From: Lama guanicoe
Lineage: Eukaryota
Direction: 5' to 3'
DNA: 64,000 bases
Assembly: GCA_013239625.1 (NCBI GenBank)
Contig: MU053754.1
Coordinates: 1,593,966-1,657,965, forward strand
A program made the position numbers and the translations under genes. Of this stretch, positions 50,330 to 62,668 are shown one piece after another (positions within the stretch are counted from its first letter, which is position 1; every line of letters begins with the position of its first letter). The notes beneath the pieces are model-generated. The model did no database searches and was not told where the DNA came from. It worked only from the letters and a program-made list of their open reading frames with translations.

Positions 50330-50902
50330 TGGGCATTGTTGTAAGTATGCACTGCTAAATGTTTCCATCTGTGCATGTGCCCCACCCCCTCACGAAGAGA
50401 TGTAACAATGAAACACAGAGGAGCAGGGGGCCTGGCTTTATCAGGTGAGCTTTTTGAAATGTGGGCCTGGCTTAGTCAGGTGAGCTTTATGAAATGTGGG
50501 CCTGGCTTAGTCAAGTGAACTTTATGAAATGTGGGCCTGGCTTAATCAGGTGAACTTTATGAAAGCAGAGAGATTCTCCTGCTGGCCTCAGACACAAAAC
50601 AAACAGCCACTTGTGAGCTGCCTATGGAAAGGAGAGGCCTGCAGGAGTGGAGGGCCTCAGTCCTGCAACCACAAGGAACTGAATCAGCCAAAAACCAGTG
50701 AACTTGGAAAAGAACCATGAGCTTCAGATGAAAAAGCAGCCCTGATGACACCTCGATTGCCCCCTGGTGAGACCCTGAGCAGAGGACCTGGTTATCCCAT
50801 GTGCAGACTCCTGACACAGGAAACTGTGAGGTGACAGGTGTGTGTTGTTGAAAGTCTCTAAATTTGGGGTAATTTGTGACACAGCAGTAGAAAACCAGTC
50901 TA
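50330..50902 (+). mobile_element. MaLR LTR (MLT1E-like) hosting the minisatellite
   Basis: AAAGCAGAGAGATTCTCCTGCTGGCCT...GGGCCTCAGTCCTGCAACCACAAGGAACTGAAT...GAGACCCTGAGCAGAGGACC...GGTAATTTGTGACACAGCAGTAGAAAACCAGT. The 5' boundary is uncertain. Confidence 0.75.
50428..50564. repeat. 35-bp minisatellite, about 3.9 copies
   Basis: Units GGGCCTGGCTTAGTCAGGTGAGCTTTATGAAATGT start at 50428, 50463, 50498 and 50533. Confidence 0.95.
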
Positions 50903-51098
50903 CTAGGAAATATATATACATCCTCAGTCCAGCACCATTTCGTACTTTTTTTTTAATGGCTAGGATGGGAAAACAAATGAGTTGCATTCCTTTTGTTGTT
51001 TACTCATGTGACTAAATGTGAACTTGCAGCCCCTTCAAGTGCTCGTCAAATGCATGAGCTATTTATTAATAATATTCCAATGGCAAGTTTCTGCAGCA

Positions 51099-51282
51099 CA
51101 GTGGTTCTCAAAGTGTGTTCCTTAGACCAGCGTCAGCCTCTGCTGGGAACGTGTTAGAAATGCAAATTCTTGGGTTTCCACCAGACATGCTAAATCAGAA
51201 ATGCCAGGGCAGGGGCCCAGCCATCTGGGTTGGGTAAAGTCCTCCCAGAGGTTCTGCTGAACTTTCAGTTTGAAAATCACTG
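51099..51282. mobile_element. MER5A hAT MITE
   Basis: Termini CAGTGGTTCTCAAAGTG / CAGTTTGAAAATCACTG. Internal TGGGAACGTGTTAGAAATGCAAATTCT...CTAAATCAGAA. Confidence 0.85.
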
Positions 51283-52494
51283 CTCTAGCTTAATGTTTTG
51301 TATTTTTCAGGCAATCAGTCCCTTCATAATTCCCAGGCCTCTTCTCCCCAACTTTTTTGGTGGTTGTTTTACTTTGGGTTTTGCGCTAACACCCTCCAAG
51401 TCATATACTTAATAGTGTCTGCTCACACTCTATTTCTTTGTTTGAGATATGTATTTCGGTGGAATCATCATAGCTTCAATTTGCTGAGCCAGTACTGGGT
51501 ACTAAGCGTAGTGCAGAACACAGAAATCTTCCTCTAAAATCAGCCTCTGGAGAAGAGGCAACCCTGGCCCCACGTTCCAGAGGCAGAATCTGGAGGAGAG
51601 CCATGTAAATAGCTTATGCACCACATCAGCCAGCAATGGGCTCGAAATTCAAAGCCAGGGTGTCTCGCTCCAAAATTGGCACTGGTAACCTCAGACTAAA
51701 TAGTCTCAGAACCTTAGGCTCTGACTTTTAAAAGGCACCGTTTATTGTGCACATATTTTGCCACAAAAAGCAGCTTGATAGAGCTAAAATGAAATGCTCC
51801 CCCCTCCACCCCCGCCAGGGAGGTTAAAGGGCTTCAGATGGTCCCACCCGCCTCGTTTGTCCTGAAGTTTATTTGCCGAGCGATTTCTTTTGTTCTAGGG
51901 ATGACCGTTGCCTCTTTCAGGGACAGAGTGGACCAGGCCCAAGGCTCCTCAAGGTGTTCCTTGTAGGTGTTGCTCTGGCACCATGTGAAACCTCTGGGCC
52001 CTTCCACTCTGCTCCACGCTCCCCACTCCATCTGGCTGGTCCTGGAATCAGATTCTGCCTCGGCCTTCAGGCCAGTTGGTCCCCCTCCGACCCCAGACCC
52101 CTCCCCAAGTGCTTCCAGCTGCCTCTTCCTTTCCTTCCATGTTTGGCCTCCACAGCACTGGAGCTTCTACCAAGAAGCTCTCTGACATTGGATGTGGCAC
52201 CACAGTTATACTGGGGAGTCCTTAAGCAAACCCCCGGAAAACACTGGCACTTCCCCTCCTGACTCCAGGCCTTCTTGGCTCTTCAGTGATGGGAGTTGTC
52301 ACCGGTGCCTGAGCACAGCAAAAACTGAGGGTAAGGGGGTTTGATCTCCTGCCACCATCCTGCTTCCGCCTCTGAGATTCTCATCTCAGTGACTGACAGA
52401 TTCCTTTTGGGTCTGAAAACATTTCCCTTTTCAGGACTCTCCTAATAAAATGGAGAAGTAAAGCCATACCTCTTGGTCATATATTTGTTTGGAT

Positions 52495-52800
52495 TTTTCT
52501 ATTGCACTAAAATATACATAACATAAAATTTACCATTTTAATTGTTTTTAGGCATACAATTCAGTGGTGTTAAGTGCATGCGCAATATTGTGCATCTGTC
52601 ACTAGCATCCACATCCTGAACTTGTTCGTGCCCCCAAGAGAAACTCTGTCCACGTTAAAGTGTCCCCACTGCTCTGTTCCCCAGCCCTGATAATGACTGT
52701 TCTTCCTGTCTGGTAATGACTGTCTATGAATTTGCCTAGGCTAGGTACCTCATGTAAGTAGACTCAGGTGTTAGTTCCCCTTTTGTGTCTGTATCCTATT
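52495..52800 (-). mobile_element. L1MB-like 3' end fragment
   Basis: AAAATATACATAACATAAAATTTACCATTTTAA...TACAATTCAGTGG...AGAAACTCTGT...CTATGAATTTGCCTA...GGTACCTCATGTAAGT. Confidence 0.8.
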
Positions 52801-52922
52801 ACTTTTGAAACAAGGAAGAAAGTGACAGGTGTGGGAGCAGGGGTGCATAGTGGTGAGTAGAACTAGTCAGTGGCCAGTGACAGTAGGTCCTGCAGAAAAA
52901 AAATAAAACATAAAAGTCCTGG

Positions 52923-53425
52923 GGTGTCAGTTATCTATTGCTCCATAACAGATGACCACAAGTTTAGTGGATTTAACCAATACATATTTTATTTAGCTCC
53001 CACTTCTATGGGTCAGGAGTCCAAGCACGGCTTAGCTGGCTCCTCTGCTCAGGGGTTCACAGTCCAGGGGGAAGCTGGGCTGAGTTCTCATCTGGAGGTT
53101 CAACAGAGGAAGGATCAGCTCCCAAGTTCCCTTAGGCTGTTGGAAGAATTCATTTCCTTGCAGCTGCAGGATGCAGGAACCCAGCTTCCTGCTGGCTACC
53201 CTCGGTTCCTCGCCATGTGGCAGCTTACTTCCTCAAGCCCACAAGGGGGTTCTCTAGAGCTTCTACCACCAACTTAATCACAGGCACGACCATCATCCCC
53301 TTTGCCAGATTCTCTTGATTAGAACTGAGTTATAGTCCTGCCCACACTCCAGGGGACAGGACCCCACCAAGACTTGAACACCAGAGGGCAGGACTCATGG
53401 GGCAGCCTAGAGTCTGTCCAGCACT
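52923..53425 (-). mobile_element. MaLR solo LTR (MLT1D/E-like)
   Basis: AGTTATCTATTGCTCCATAACAGATGACCACAAGTTTAGTGG...GGGTCAGGAGTCCAAGCACGGCTTAGCTGGCTCCTCTGCTCAGGG...GAATTCATTTCCTTGCAGCTG...GTCCTGCCCACACTCCAGGGGA. Confidence 0.8.
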
Positions 53426-55461
53426 CCTTCAGGGTGGGACAGATGAGGGGAGAAACAGTCACGGAAAGCCAGCAAGGGGGAAATGTTGCTCCTTCCTGAG
53501 TTTACTGTAGGTCGCCCTGAACTTGGTCAGCAGACCTCATAGATATGTAGTCAGACCTTTCACCCCAACAACATGGGGCGGTCGGAGTTTTCTGAGAGCT
53601 TGCAATTAGGACTGGAATGATCAAGGGAAGGATTCGTCTGAAGTATTACTTACTCATCTTCCTCCACCTGCAAGTTTCAGCCCCAAAACAGCTTGGAAAA
53701 AAAAAAATCCCTGGTTATTTGCATTTGTTCTCTATTTTTAACCACCTTTCTGTTTAAAACATTTAATATCTTCTGAAGGCCTGTTAGAACCCATTTGACC
53801 TGTAGCAAGATACCGTGTTTGTTTTTATAGCTATTTTCATCCGCTTAGAGAACTTTTTGTTTTCATCTGAGCTTTTAGGGGAGGTGAAGCAGGTCAGCAT
53901 GTCTGGCCCATTTGTCAACTGGCTGTGCTGGGTTCTTAATAAAATGGTGCTAAATTCAGAGTTACTTATCATATGTCTTTTTTTTTTTTTGTGGCTCAGT
54001 TTTTCCATTACTTGAAGTTCCCAGATGCTAATAAAACTCTAGTGTACTATATTTGGTGGGAATGAACACATTATGCTTTTCAGAGTTGATGTTTTTACAT
54101 AAATAGAACATGTTCTGCAAGAGAGAGGAAAAACCACCCTCAAAGGGCATACATCAGTTTGATTTTTTTTTTCCCCTTATTGATCTGGAGCTGTTTAAGC
54201 AGAGAAGGAGAGAGGGGGAGAAAGGTGCAGGAAAAATAACAGATTCTGCCCACCTCTTCTGTCTTCTGTCTTTTGGGCTCCACGTTCTTTTTGTATCTGT
54301 TTATTTCGCAATCACTAATCATACCTTCTCAAAAGGATCTAATGAAAAAGGTGTGTCTGGGAGACAGCAAAATGATTCTCTAAGACTCCATAAGACAATA
54401 CACTTGTTACTCTTCAGCCGTAGGTGGAATGAACATTTTACCATAGAGTGACTTGATGCTCATTAAAATACCTACGGTAAAAATAATCTCCTGTGAGGGA
54501 AATCAGAAGCGATAGCAAACTTCCGTGGGTGTACAGACTGAGAGGGGAATGAGGGCCCCTTGCAGACATGGTCCACAGCTCACTGTGGCTGATGGTTATG
54601 CAGGTGGATGCACAGGTGAAATGCACACGTTGGTGTGGTACTTACTGTGGATAAGTTATACCTCAGAGAGTAAAGAAAAAACCCAACCAAGGCTAGTGTA
54701 GTAGACAGTGCAACAGAATGTGAGACCAGTGACTGAAGGGCAGCAAACCTCATTCAGACCCAGCATCTGGAATATTCTGTTTACTATCCCGCTTCTCCTC
54801 CGCACCTTCCTCCCACCCCCTCCTCATTCCTCCCACTCCAGTAGCAATCTTTGTTGCATGTTACTTTATTCCTTTTCAACCAGCTCCTGGCACAAAAATG
54901 TAGCCCGTTCAGAGTTTAGTATCAGATTACTCACATTTCCCTCTTTCAAAGGAGAGGAAGAAACACAGAATGCATCTCTCTACTTGGCCTTGCCCAGCAA
55001 GCTCTTGTCAACATCACCGACCCGCGTTTCTGGGAACAGTAAAACCAGTAGTAAGTCAGTGCAGCTTTTAGTACGACACAGGCAAAGCCTGGCATTGCGT
55101 ATCATTTTTCTACCAGCTAAATTGTTATCATTTACTGCTTCTGTTAAGGAACATATATTTCTCTGCCACAAGAAGCTCGAGCAACTGGTATTGGGGTTTC
55201 AGTATCTCGGTGGCTGAGGGGACGGTGCCAGCGAACTTGGTGGGATCTGAAGCCACACAGGTGAATGGGTGTCTGCAGCAGGTCTCAGGCGTTTCTTTGC
55301 TAGCTCAGAAACGAAACTGTAGCCACACACCAAGTGGAAGAGCCTTCTGTGTTTCTGCAGGCTAGTGGGAAAATAACTCTTGGTTGCTTTTTCAAATTTT
55401 AAATTTATTTTATTTTATTTTATTGTTTTCTGTATTAGTAACTTCTCTGGCACTTTTTCTC

Positions 55462-55466
55462 TGTTT

Positions 55467-55497
<31 letters not shown>

Positions 55498-55845
55498 GGC
55501 TAAGATGAAATTCATATAACATAAAATTAGCCTTTTAAAGCGGACAATTCAGTGGCATTTAGTATATTCGCAGGGTTGTGTAATGTTTACCTCAATCTAG
55601 ATCCAGCACATGTCCGTATTCCCAGAGGGAGCTCGGACCCCTTAGCAGTCTCCGCTCTTTCCAGCCCGCCTTAGCTCCAGCCCCAGGCAACCATCAGTCT
55701 ACTTTCTGTCTCTAATGATTTACCTGTCCTGGACATTTCATATAAATGAAGTCATGTGATAGGTGACCTTTGTCTCTGGCTTCTTTCACTCAGCTTGTTT
55801 TTGAGGTTCCTCCACGTTGCGGCATGTGTTGGTAACTCATTAAAT
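55462..55845 (-). mobile_element. L1MB-like 3' end with (TTTTG)n tail
   Basis: TGTTTTGTTTTGTTTTG tail, then GATGAAATTCATATAACATAAAATTAGCC...CAATTCAGTGGCATTTAGTATATTC...CCAGGCAACCATCAGTCTACTTTCTGTCTCT...GGACATTTCATATAAATG. Confidence 0.85.
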
Positions 55846-58800
55846 GCATTTCTAGGTGAAAATAACTAGATGCAAAATATTCATTTTAAATACTTTGGGG
55901 GTTTGTTTATCAAGCACCTGCGATCTGTAGGGCACTCGACTGTGTGTGGCACCATGTAAACATTGGCGTTCTCCCTGAAATAAGCCTGCCCTGGTCACTG
56001 CAGCACAAAAGTCCCCTGGGCTCCCGCCCCCCCATGCCACAGTCTCTGACGTGGAACTCGTACAGGTGGCTTCCCAGAGTAGCCAGATCCTTGTGACTCA
56101 GAGCCTTTCATCTGTGGGGGACTTCTCCCTCCCTTCCCACCTGTCTCCAGAGCAATGCCCCTTCCCCCAAGAAAACAACAGACTCATTTTAGAATTCTCA
56201 TTTTAACTCTTGCTGTGTCAACAGACAGAACTCAGAGCCCTGTGCATATCAGGAAGAAGAGTCGGCACTCAGGAGTCGCACAGGCCGGCGGGGCAGGAGA
56301 GACACCAAGGCAGATGGAGACATTGGCCGTGAGTGGCAGCCAACACCTGGTTTGTCCAGGTCGGGGGTGGGGGCTGCCCAGGAGGGAGAGGCCCCATGAG
56401 GCCCTCCAATGTGAAGTGGGCTTTGTAGGAGCAGACTTGGTGGGAAAAGGGGACATGGAGAGGGCGGGCTGAGGGCCTCGTGGCCAAAGGGCAGATTTGA
56501 GCCAAGCCTTGGCTGCAAGAATATGAGACGAGGCACAAGTCATTTTGTTCAGAGTCAAAGATTTATTTGGAAGTGAGCGCATGGTGGACGTCAGAACTGA
56601 CTGGAGAGAAAGGGAACCAAAGAGAAAGTAACCCCTTTCTCTTTCCTTCCTCCAACCTCCCCACGGCCACTGTCTGACCCCAGGCTGGTCCAGCTCATGT
56701 GGGAATGACCACAGACCACCCCTGTGAGGTCTTCCTGCACCCGAGGGCTGCAAGTGCCCGCTTTCCCCATGACCCTAAACCAGGTTCCTATCATGCCCGT
56801 CCTTCCATCAACGAGTCTTGTGTGTGGAGACTGTGCTCCGGGTGCTCGCTCTCTCCTCCACACACCTCCTGTCTCCCCTCCTTCCCTGGGCAAGCTCCTC
56901 CTCACTCTGCCAGACCCATCACTCCAGCGCCCGAGCAGAGCAGCTCCCTCCTCTGCATCCTCATCAGGTGTACCACACTCTTAGAATAAGTGTCCAGTCA
57001 AAGGAGACACAGTTTCTCTGCCCAGGTACACCCTGGGCATCGCAGGTGATGCTGGGACCTCACAGACCTTCCACCTTAGCTGAAGGGAAAGAAACACCTC
57101 TGTTGGGACCCAAGGCAGAGTACCGCAAGTTACCCCCAAGCGTAGGGCCCCTAAGTGTTCCTGCTATTCAGAGAAAATAGTCACAGCTGAGTGCGATTTG
57201 AAAAGCAGGTAGGGGATGAAGTAGGTGGCAGAGGGCAGGGAGATCAGGACAGAGCAATTCGAGAACAAAGACTCACGATAATTCAAGCCAGAGTTGCCTT
57301 GGGCACAGGCCTTGTGCAGACAATGGGAAGTGTCCGTGTGGGTGACCAGGCCCTGGGTGGGGGCAGAGAGGAAAGGGCAGGTGGCAGACGGGCTGCAGAG
57401 GCCAGAGGAGCTGGGATGGACAACGAAGTCAATGTCTGGGGGTCTGTGGGGAGGCAAGTAGGTGCAGATGGTTTTGAGGGTAGAATTTGTGTCACCAGGA
57501 TGATATTGTCTATCTGAAAAAAATTGGAAATTCAGAAAAGGGGACAGCGTTTCCACGTTGGGTGAGGGCATGACTTGTGCCCGACCATCACTGGCCGGCG
57601 ATGGGTACAGCCCCAAGCCCCTCGGGCTGAGTCCGTCCTTTGATGCTGAGAAAGGTGACAGTGATGTGACGCACATGGCATTACGGCCACTGCCAGGCAT
57701 GAGGTGTGACACCTGTCACATTTGTCTCTGGAATGCTTAGCTCTTGGGGCTCCCAGGGATTCAAGGTTGTATATCCCTGCACACCCCAGATGGTGCATGC
57801 TTCTATGAACAGGCTAAATAACGCATTATCCTCAACCGGACCATTCCTCACAGTGGACACAGTGTCCCATCCCTGGCCCCGGTTTTGGTAGTTCAGTGAA
57901 GGGATAAACGTGTTCTGAGAACTGCTGGGCTGTTGAGCAGGGCCCCCCGCATCACAGGATGTCTCCTTCCGGCCGTGGCACTTGGGTGAGAGACCTGAGT
58001 CCTAAAATCCACGGCCCTGCCCACCCTCTCCAACACAAGGACTGGAAAGGATCTCTTTACTGTTCTTGTTCTTGGGGATGGGTGGGGCATGGGTGATTAC
58101 TGATGGACAGTGAACATAAACCAAAGTTTCTCTGGAACCTCCCAGAAAACCAGTCAGCAAATTAAACCTGGTTAAAGGTGTGGACGAGGTGGAGAGAAAG
58201 GTCCCCTGTTGTAAAACAGGTTTGTGTTGCTTTGGAGTTTTTTCCGGCCAGCACTGAAATCTGGATTGTCCAATTTGCCAGCCTCAAGATTTTGGTGAGC
58301 ATAGTTTCCTCAGTTACCTGAAATGGTGTTCTTACGAAGTCACAAGAGACATCCTTTGTTTTTCAATTTGAGGATTTCTACATTTCAGGGAATGAAATTA
58401 TAAGTGAGGCGATTTCAAAAAGAAAGGAATACAGAATTGCAAGTTTTTAGAACGCCCACTAGGCAAAAATCCAGATTTAGAAAATGAGATAAATTCTTAT
58501 GAGATAATGAACCTTCACACACACACAATCACTCATTTCTACCATTTATCACTCAACTTTTATTTAAGTTTGTCTCTTACTAGAGTAGAAGCTTCTAGAA
58601 GGTAGGGCTATGTCTTAGCGCGTCATTTTTCCCCGTGCAGATCTATAAAAGGCGCTCAAGATTTATTTGAACGCAGTTAAATTTACATTACTAAAATGGT
58701 TTTTGTTTCAGTTTGTGTATTTATGCTAGAGGACCCTTTGAATTGCTGTTTTAGGAACAGTTCGTTGCTTAGGAAGTCACAATCGTGTTAAGTGCAGTAA

Positions 58801-60848
58801 TTCCTAAAAGCATCCAGATCCAGTAATACGTAATAACTAATTCCATTTGAAAGGAAAGTTGGGTCTTTTTTTCATATATTGCAGTTCTCAGTGATTTAGT
58901 ACAAATGTGTCCTGACACATATTCTTCCTGCCTTTTAATTTATCCCATTGCTGTTTTCTTCCCAAAGTGTTTTCTGTACTTTACATCCAGACTCACGCAT
59001 GTAACTCAGTTCCTGTCGTAGTTATGCAACCTCTGAAATTTGCACATAGGTTTCTGAAAATCTGTTTTTTTCACGCCAACCAAACTGACAGTTGAAAGAT
59101 CCTAAAGTGTTTAGACCTCGATGATTTTTTGACGTTGTAGCAGAAAGATCTCCTGAAGGGTAGAAAACCTTTACCTTGTCCACTTGCATAGACTCTGACA
59201 GAATGCATACTTCAGAGGAGATAAGCGGAAATTAGCATATGCATATTTTTGAGCTAAATTAGTTTTAAGTATAATAGCTAATGCAGCTGTTGCAGCTGCC
59301 CAGCGACCAAAGTAGCAAGGTGTTACTGTAACTGCTGTTGTTATTGTCCCCTCCCTGCTTACAAGGGAAAATCTCTGCGCTCCAAGGGCGAGGCAAGACC
59401 CGTCCTGTCACCGGGCTGCCTGTCCAGCGGCCAGGCCGGGTGTCCAGCCTTCAGTCTCTGGGGGCTGGGGTAAAATACTAAGCCTGGACCGTTCACAAGC
59501 CTGAAAATGCTTTATTGAGTGTGCTTATGTAGAAACCAGTTCATGAGAACTCAGTTCAAAATAAAACCCTTGGAATCCACACAGCTAAATTAAACATCAC
59601 CTTTGTGGGCAGACGAATCTTGCGTGGTTCCTGGAGGCAGAAGTGGGCAGTGTTGGAGTCCGGGGCCTCCCTGGCAGCTGGCCCCCAGGGTCAGAGTCAG
59701 TGTTTAGTCCCACTTGTTGTATAAGATATATGGTGTATATTATATATGTGTACGTGTGTATGTATAGGTACACACACAAAGATGTACCACCCCCGTGACG
59801 CACACACTCCTGCCTGAACTGGCCACGGGGGTTTATGTGGGCCCCGCCTTGGAAGCCCTTCACATCCTTCTTTTTTTCGTCCAAATCCTGAAGGGATGAG
59901 AGTTGGCATGAAACAGACAGATGTCACCAGAGTCATTTCACTTTGTTCGATATCCTCTTTCCATCAGTGGTTTCTAATCCTCAGCTCCTGCTTCTGAACC
60001 TGTGGCTTCTGCCCCCCCAAGTTCAGTGTTTTTCTGGAGCTGGGGTCCCACTGTGCGGTGGGCACCCACTCCCCATCCCTCCTCTGCCAGGCGCTCCCCA
60101 CCTCACAGGATGACAGAGAAAGAGGAGGTGTGTGGTGCAGGGTGTCCTGAGCTGTCCTCACACCTAGGGCGCCCGCAGAGGGAGGGGTGCGACAGGAGGG
60201 CAGCCCTGGGGTGTGCAGCACAGACAGCGTCCCCTCCTTCTGAGTACAGTGCCCTCGCGCCTGGGCCTGGGTCCCTGAATTCCCTGCTGGCTGTGCTCAT
60301 TCTACTGGGGCCTCAACCCAAGGCTGCCCCCACCACACGTCCCTCCCTGCTCTCGGCCTGAAACTATTTCTGGAGTCTTTGCTGCCCTTCCTGGTGAAAC
60401 ACATTTTCCTCCTCCAGTGTCTTGGACAAAGTGACTGAATAACCTCCTTCTGATATCGTGGTGATGTAGCCTGTGCAGCACCAGGGGTGCTGAGAAATTT
60501 ATCATTGGCGCTATAAAATGCTGAAGCAGGAGCCTTGGACCATGGCTGGCAGCCAGACTCACCCAGGGGTCAAGTCAGCCTGTCCACCGGGCCCAGGTGC
60601 CTGCTGAGGACCGGCCTGGCCGGGCTTGAGAGCCGTCGTGGAGCCAGCCCCGAGGGAGGCTACTGCTGAGAACTGTGCCGCCCAGGATCCCCCGCACCTG
60701 TGGTGGGCGCCCCTGTGGAACGTGAACACACCCTGGCTTGTGAGTGGAGTCCTGGCCAGTCTGGGATTCGTATCTTCCCACTCCTGCTCCTGGCCGGTTG
60801 GGTATACAATAGTTGTTACAACCAAAATTGAAGCTCATTGGTGGAGTC

Positions 60849-60871
60849 AGAGAGAGAGAGAGAGAGAGAGA
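60849..60871. repeat. (AG)n microsatellite
   Basis: About 11 perfect AG units. Confidence 0.95.
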
Positions 60872-61455
60872 TGAAGAAGGAGGGAGACAAAAGAACAGAC
60901 AGAGAGGAGGGAGACTTGGCAGCCATCTTGAGCTGGTGTCCCAGCCCCGCCGGAGCATCCCTCGGCCCCTCTGAGCGCAGCCAGGGTCGGCTGGACCCTG
61001 TGCTGGAAGACCTGCCCCACTAGGAGTTCACACGCACCCACTGAACCTCCCTCCTTCCTGCAAGGGGAGAGACGCTGCGGAACCCTGGTCCCTAACAGCT
61101 GATGCTGTGCGGCCGAGTCCCTCCTGTAAATAATGAAATTGGGTCTTGGAGGCTGATCAGACCCAGGTCAGGTGCCTTTGGCCGGGCTGAAATACTAGCT
61201 CCCCAAACTTGTCACTTCCCAGCACAGCTCTGGATGCAGGCTGGTCAGGAGGGAAGAGGCCAATCTCCCTTTCTCTTTGTACCCTTCCCTCACGTTTTTT
61301 GTTGTTGTTTATGACAGCTTTATTGAGGTATCATTCACGTACCATTGAGTTTATCCTTTCAAAGTGTGCAACTCAGTGGTTCCTCATATATTCATGGAGT
61401 TGTGCAACCACTCTCTGGTCCCAGAATATTTTCCTCATTTCAAAAGGAAACTCTG

Positions 61456-61560
61456 AGAACAAAAACACACATATACAGAACAAAACAAAACAAATCGCTA
61501 TGTTGTATACCTGAAACTAACACAATATTATAAATCAACTATACAGCGATTGAAAAAACA
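61456..61560 (+). mobile_element. Severely 5'-truncated lineage L1 3' end
   Basis: ATCGCTATGTTGTATACCTGAAACTAACACAATATTATAAATCAACTATAC plus an A tail. TSD AAAAGGAAACTCTG (61442-61455) / AAAAAGACACTCTG (61561-61574), 12/14 match. Confidence 0.8.
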
Positions 61561-61675
61561 AAAAAGACACTCTGTGCCCCTTAGCAGTCACTCCACGTTC
61601 CCCCAGCCCCCAGCCCCTGGCAACCACTAATCTGCTTTCTGTCGCTACGGATTTGCCTGTTCCGGACAGTCCATA

Positions 61676-62668
61676 TGTTACAGTCTGGATTGTGTCCCTC
61701 AAAATTCATACATTGAAGTCTTAATTCCTGGCATCTCAGAATGTAATCAGATTTGAAGATAAGGCCCTTAAAGAGGTGATTAAGATAAAATGAGTACTAC
61801 TCAGCCATAAAAAAAAAAGAATAAAATAATGCCATTTGCAGCAACCTGGATGGACCTGGAGATCGTCATTCTAAGTGAAGTAAGCCAGAAAGAGAAAGAA
61901 AAATACCATATGATATCACTCATATGTGGAATAAACAAAAAGATACAAATGAACTTATTTACAAAACACAAGCAGACTCACAGACATAGGAAAGAAACTT
62001 GTGGTTACTAGGGGAGAAAGAGGGTAGGAAGGGATAAATTAGGAGTTCAAGATTAGTAGATACTAACTACTATATATTAGATAGATAAACAGGGAAGTCC
62101 TACTGTATAGGACAAGGAACTATATTCAATATCTTGTAATAACCTATAACGGAAAAGAATCTGAAAAAGAATATATGTATGTACATGTATAACTGGAGCT
62201 CTGTGCTGTTCACCAGAAATTGACACAACATTGTAAACTGACTGCTGCAATTAAAAAAAACAACAAAACATGACCAAAATAGTTCAATGCAGGAATGCAA
62301 AGATAATGAAATATTAGGAAACCTAGTTATATACTAACTGAATGAATAAGCGAATAAAAATAACTTTCATAGATGTTAAAAAAAAAAGATAAAATGAGGT
62401 CACTAGGATGGGCCTTAATCCAATAGGACTGGCGTCCTTGTAAGAAGAGGAGATTAGAACAGAGACACACAGAGGGACGACCACGTGAGGACACAGGGAG
62501 AAGACGGCCGTCTACTTGTGAAGAGAAGAGGCGCCAGGAGAAAACCAACCCTGCCAGCGTCTTGATGTGGGACTTCCAGCCTCCAGGACTGTGAGACAAT
62601 AAATTTCTGTTGTTTTAGCGCCCCTACTCCGTGATACTTTGTTATGGCGGCCCTGGCAAGTTCATAAA
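61676..62668 (+). mobile_element. MaLR solo LTR (MLT1B-like), interrupted by an L1
   Basis: 5-bp TSD CCATA at 61671-61675 and 62669-62673. The two halves rejoin as GAGGTGATTAAGATAAAATGAG|GTCACTAGGATGGGCCTTAATCCAATAGGACTGG, homologous to 2639-3020. Confidence 0.9.
61795..62385 (+). mobile_element. 5'-truncated lineage L1 with 3' transduced segment
   Basis: Typical L1 end: TACTACTCAGCCATAAAA...ATGCCATTTGCAGCAACCTGGATGGACCTGGAG...ACAACATTGTAAACTGACT. Perfect 13-bp TSD AAGATAAAATGAG at 61782-61794 and 62386-62398, at a TT/AAGA endonuclease site. Confidence 0.92.

Noticed and set aside
50428..50564. CRISPR-like array (35-bp repeats)
   Set aside because: The units are head-to-tail with no unique spacers, the context is eukaryotic, and no cas genes are present.
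61829..62011. ORF MPFAATWMDLEIVILSEVSQKEK...
   Set aside because: The familiar translation of L1 3'-terminal sequence in a truncated copy, not a gene.
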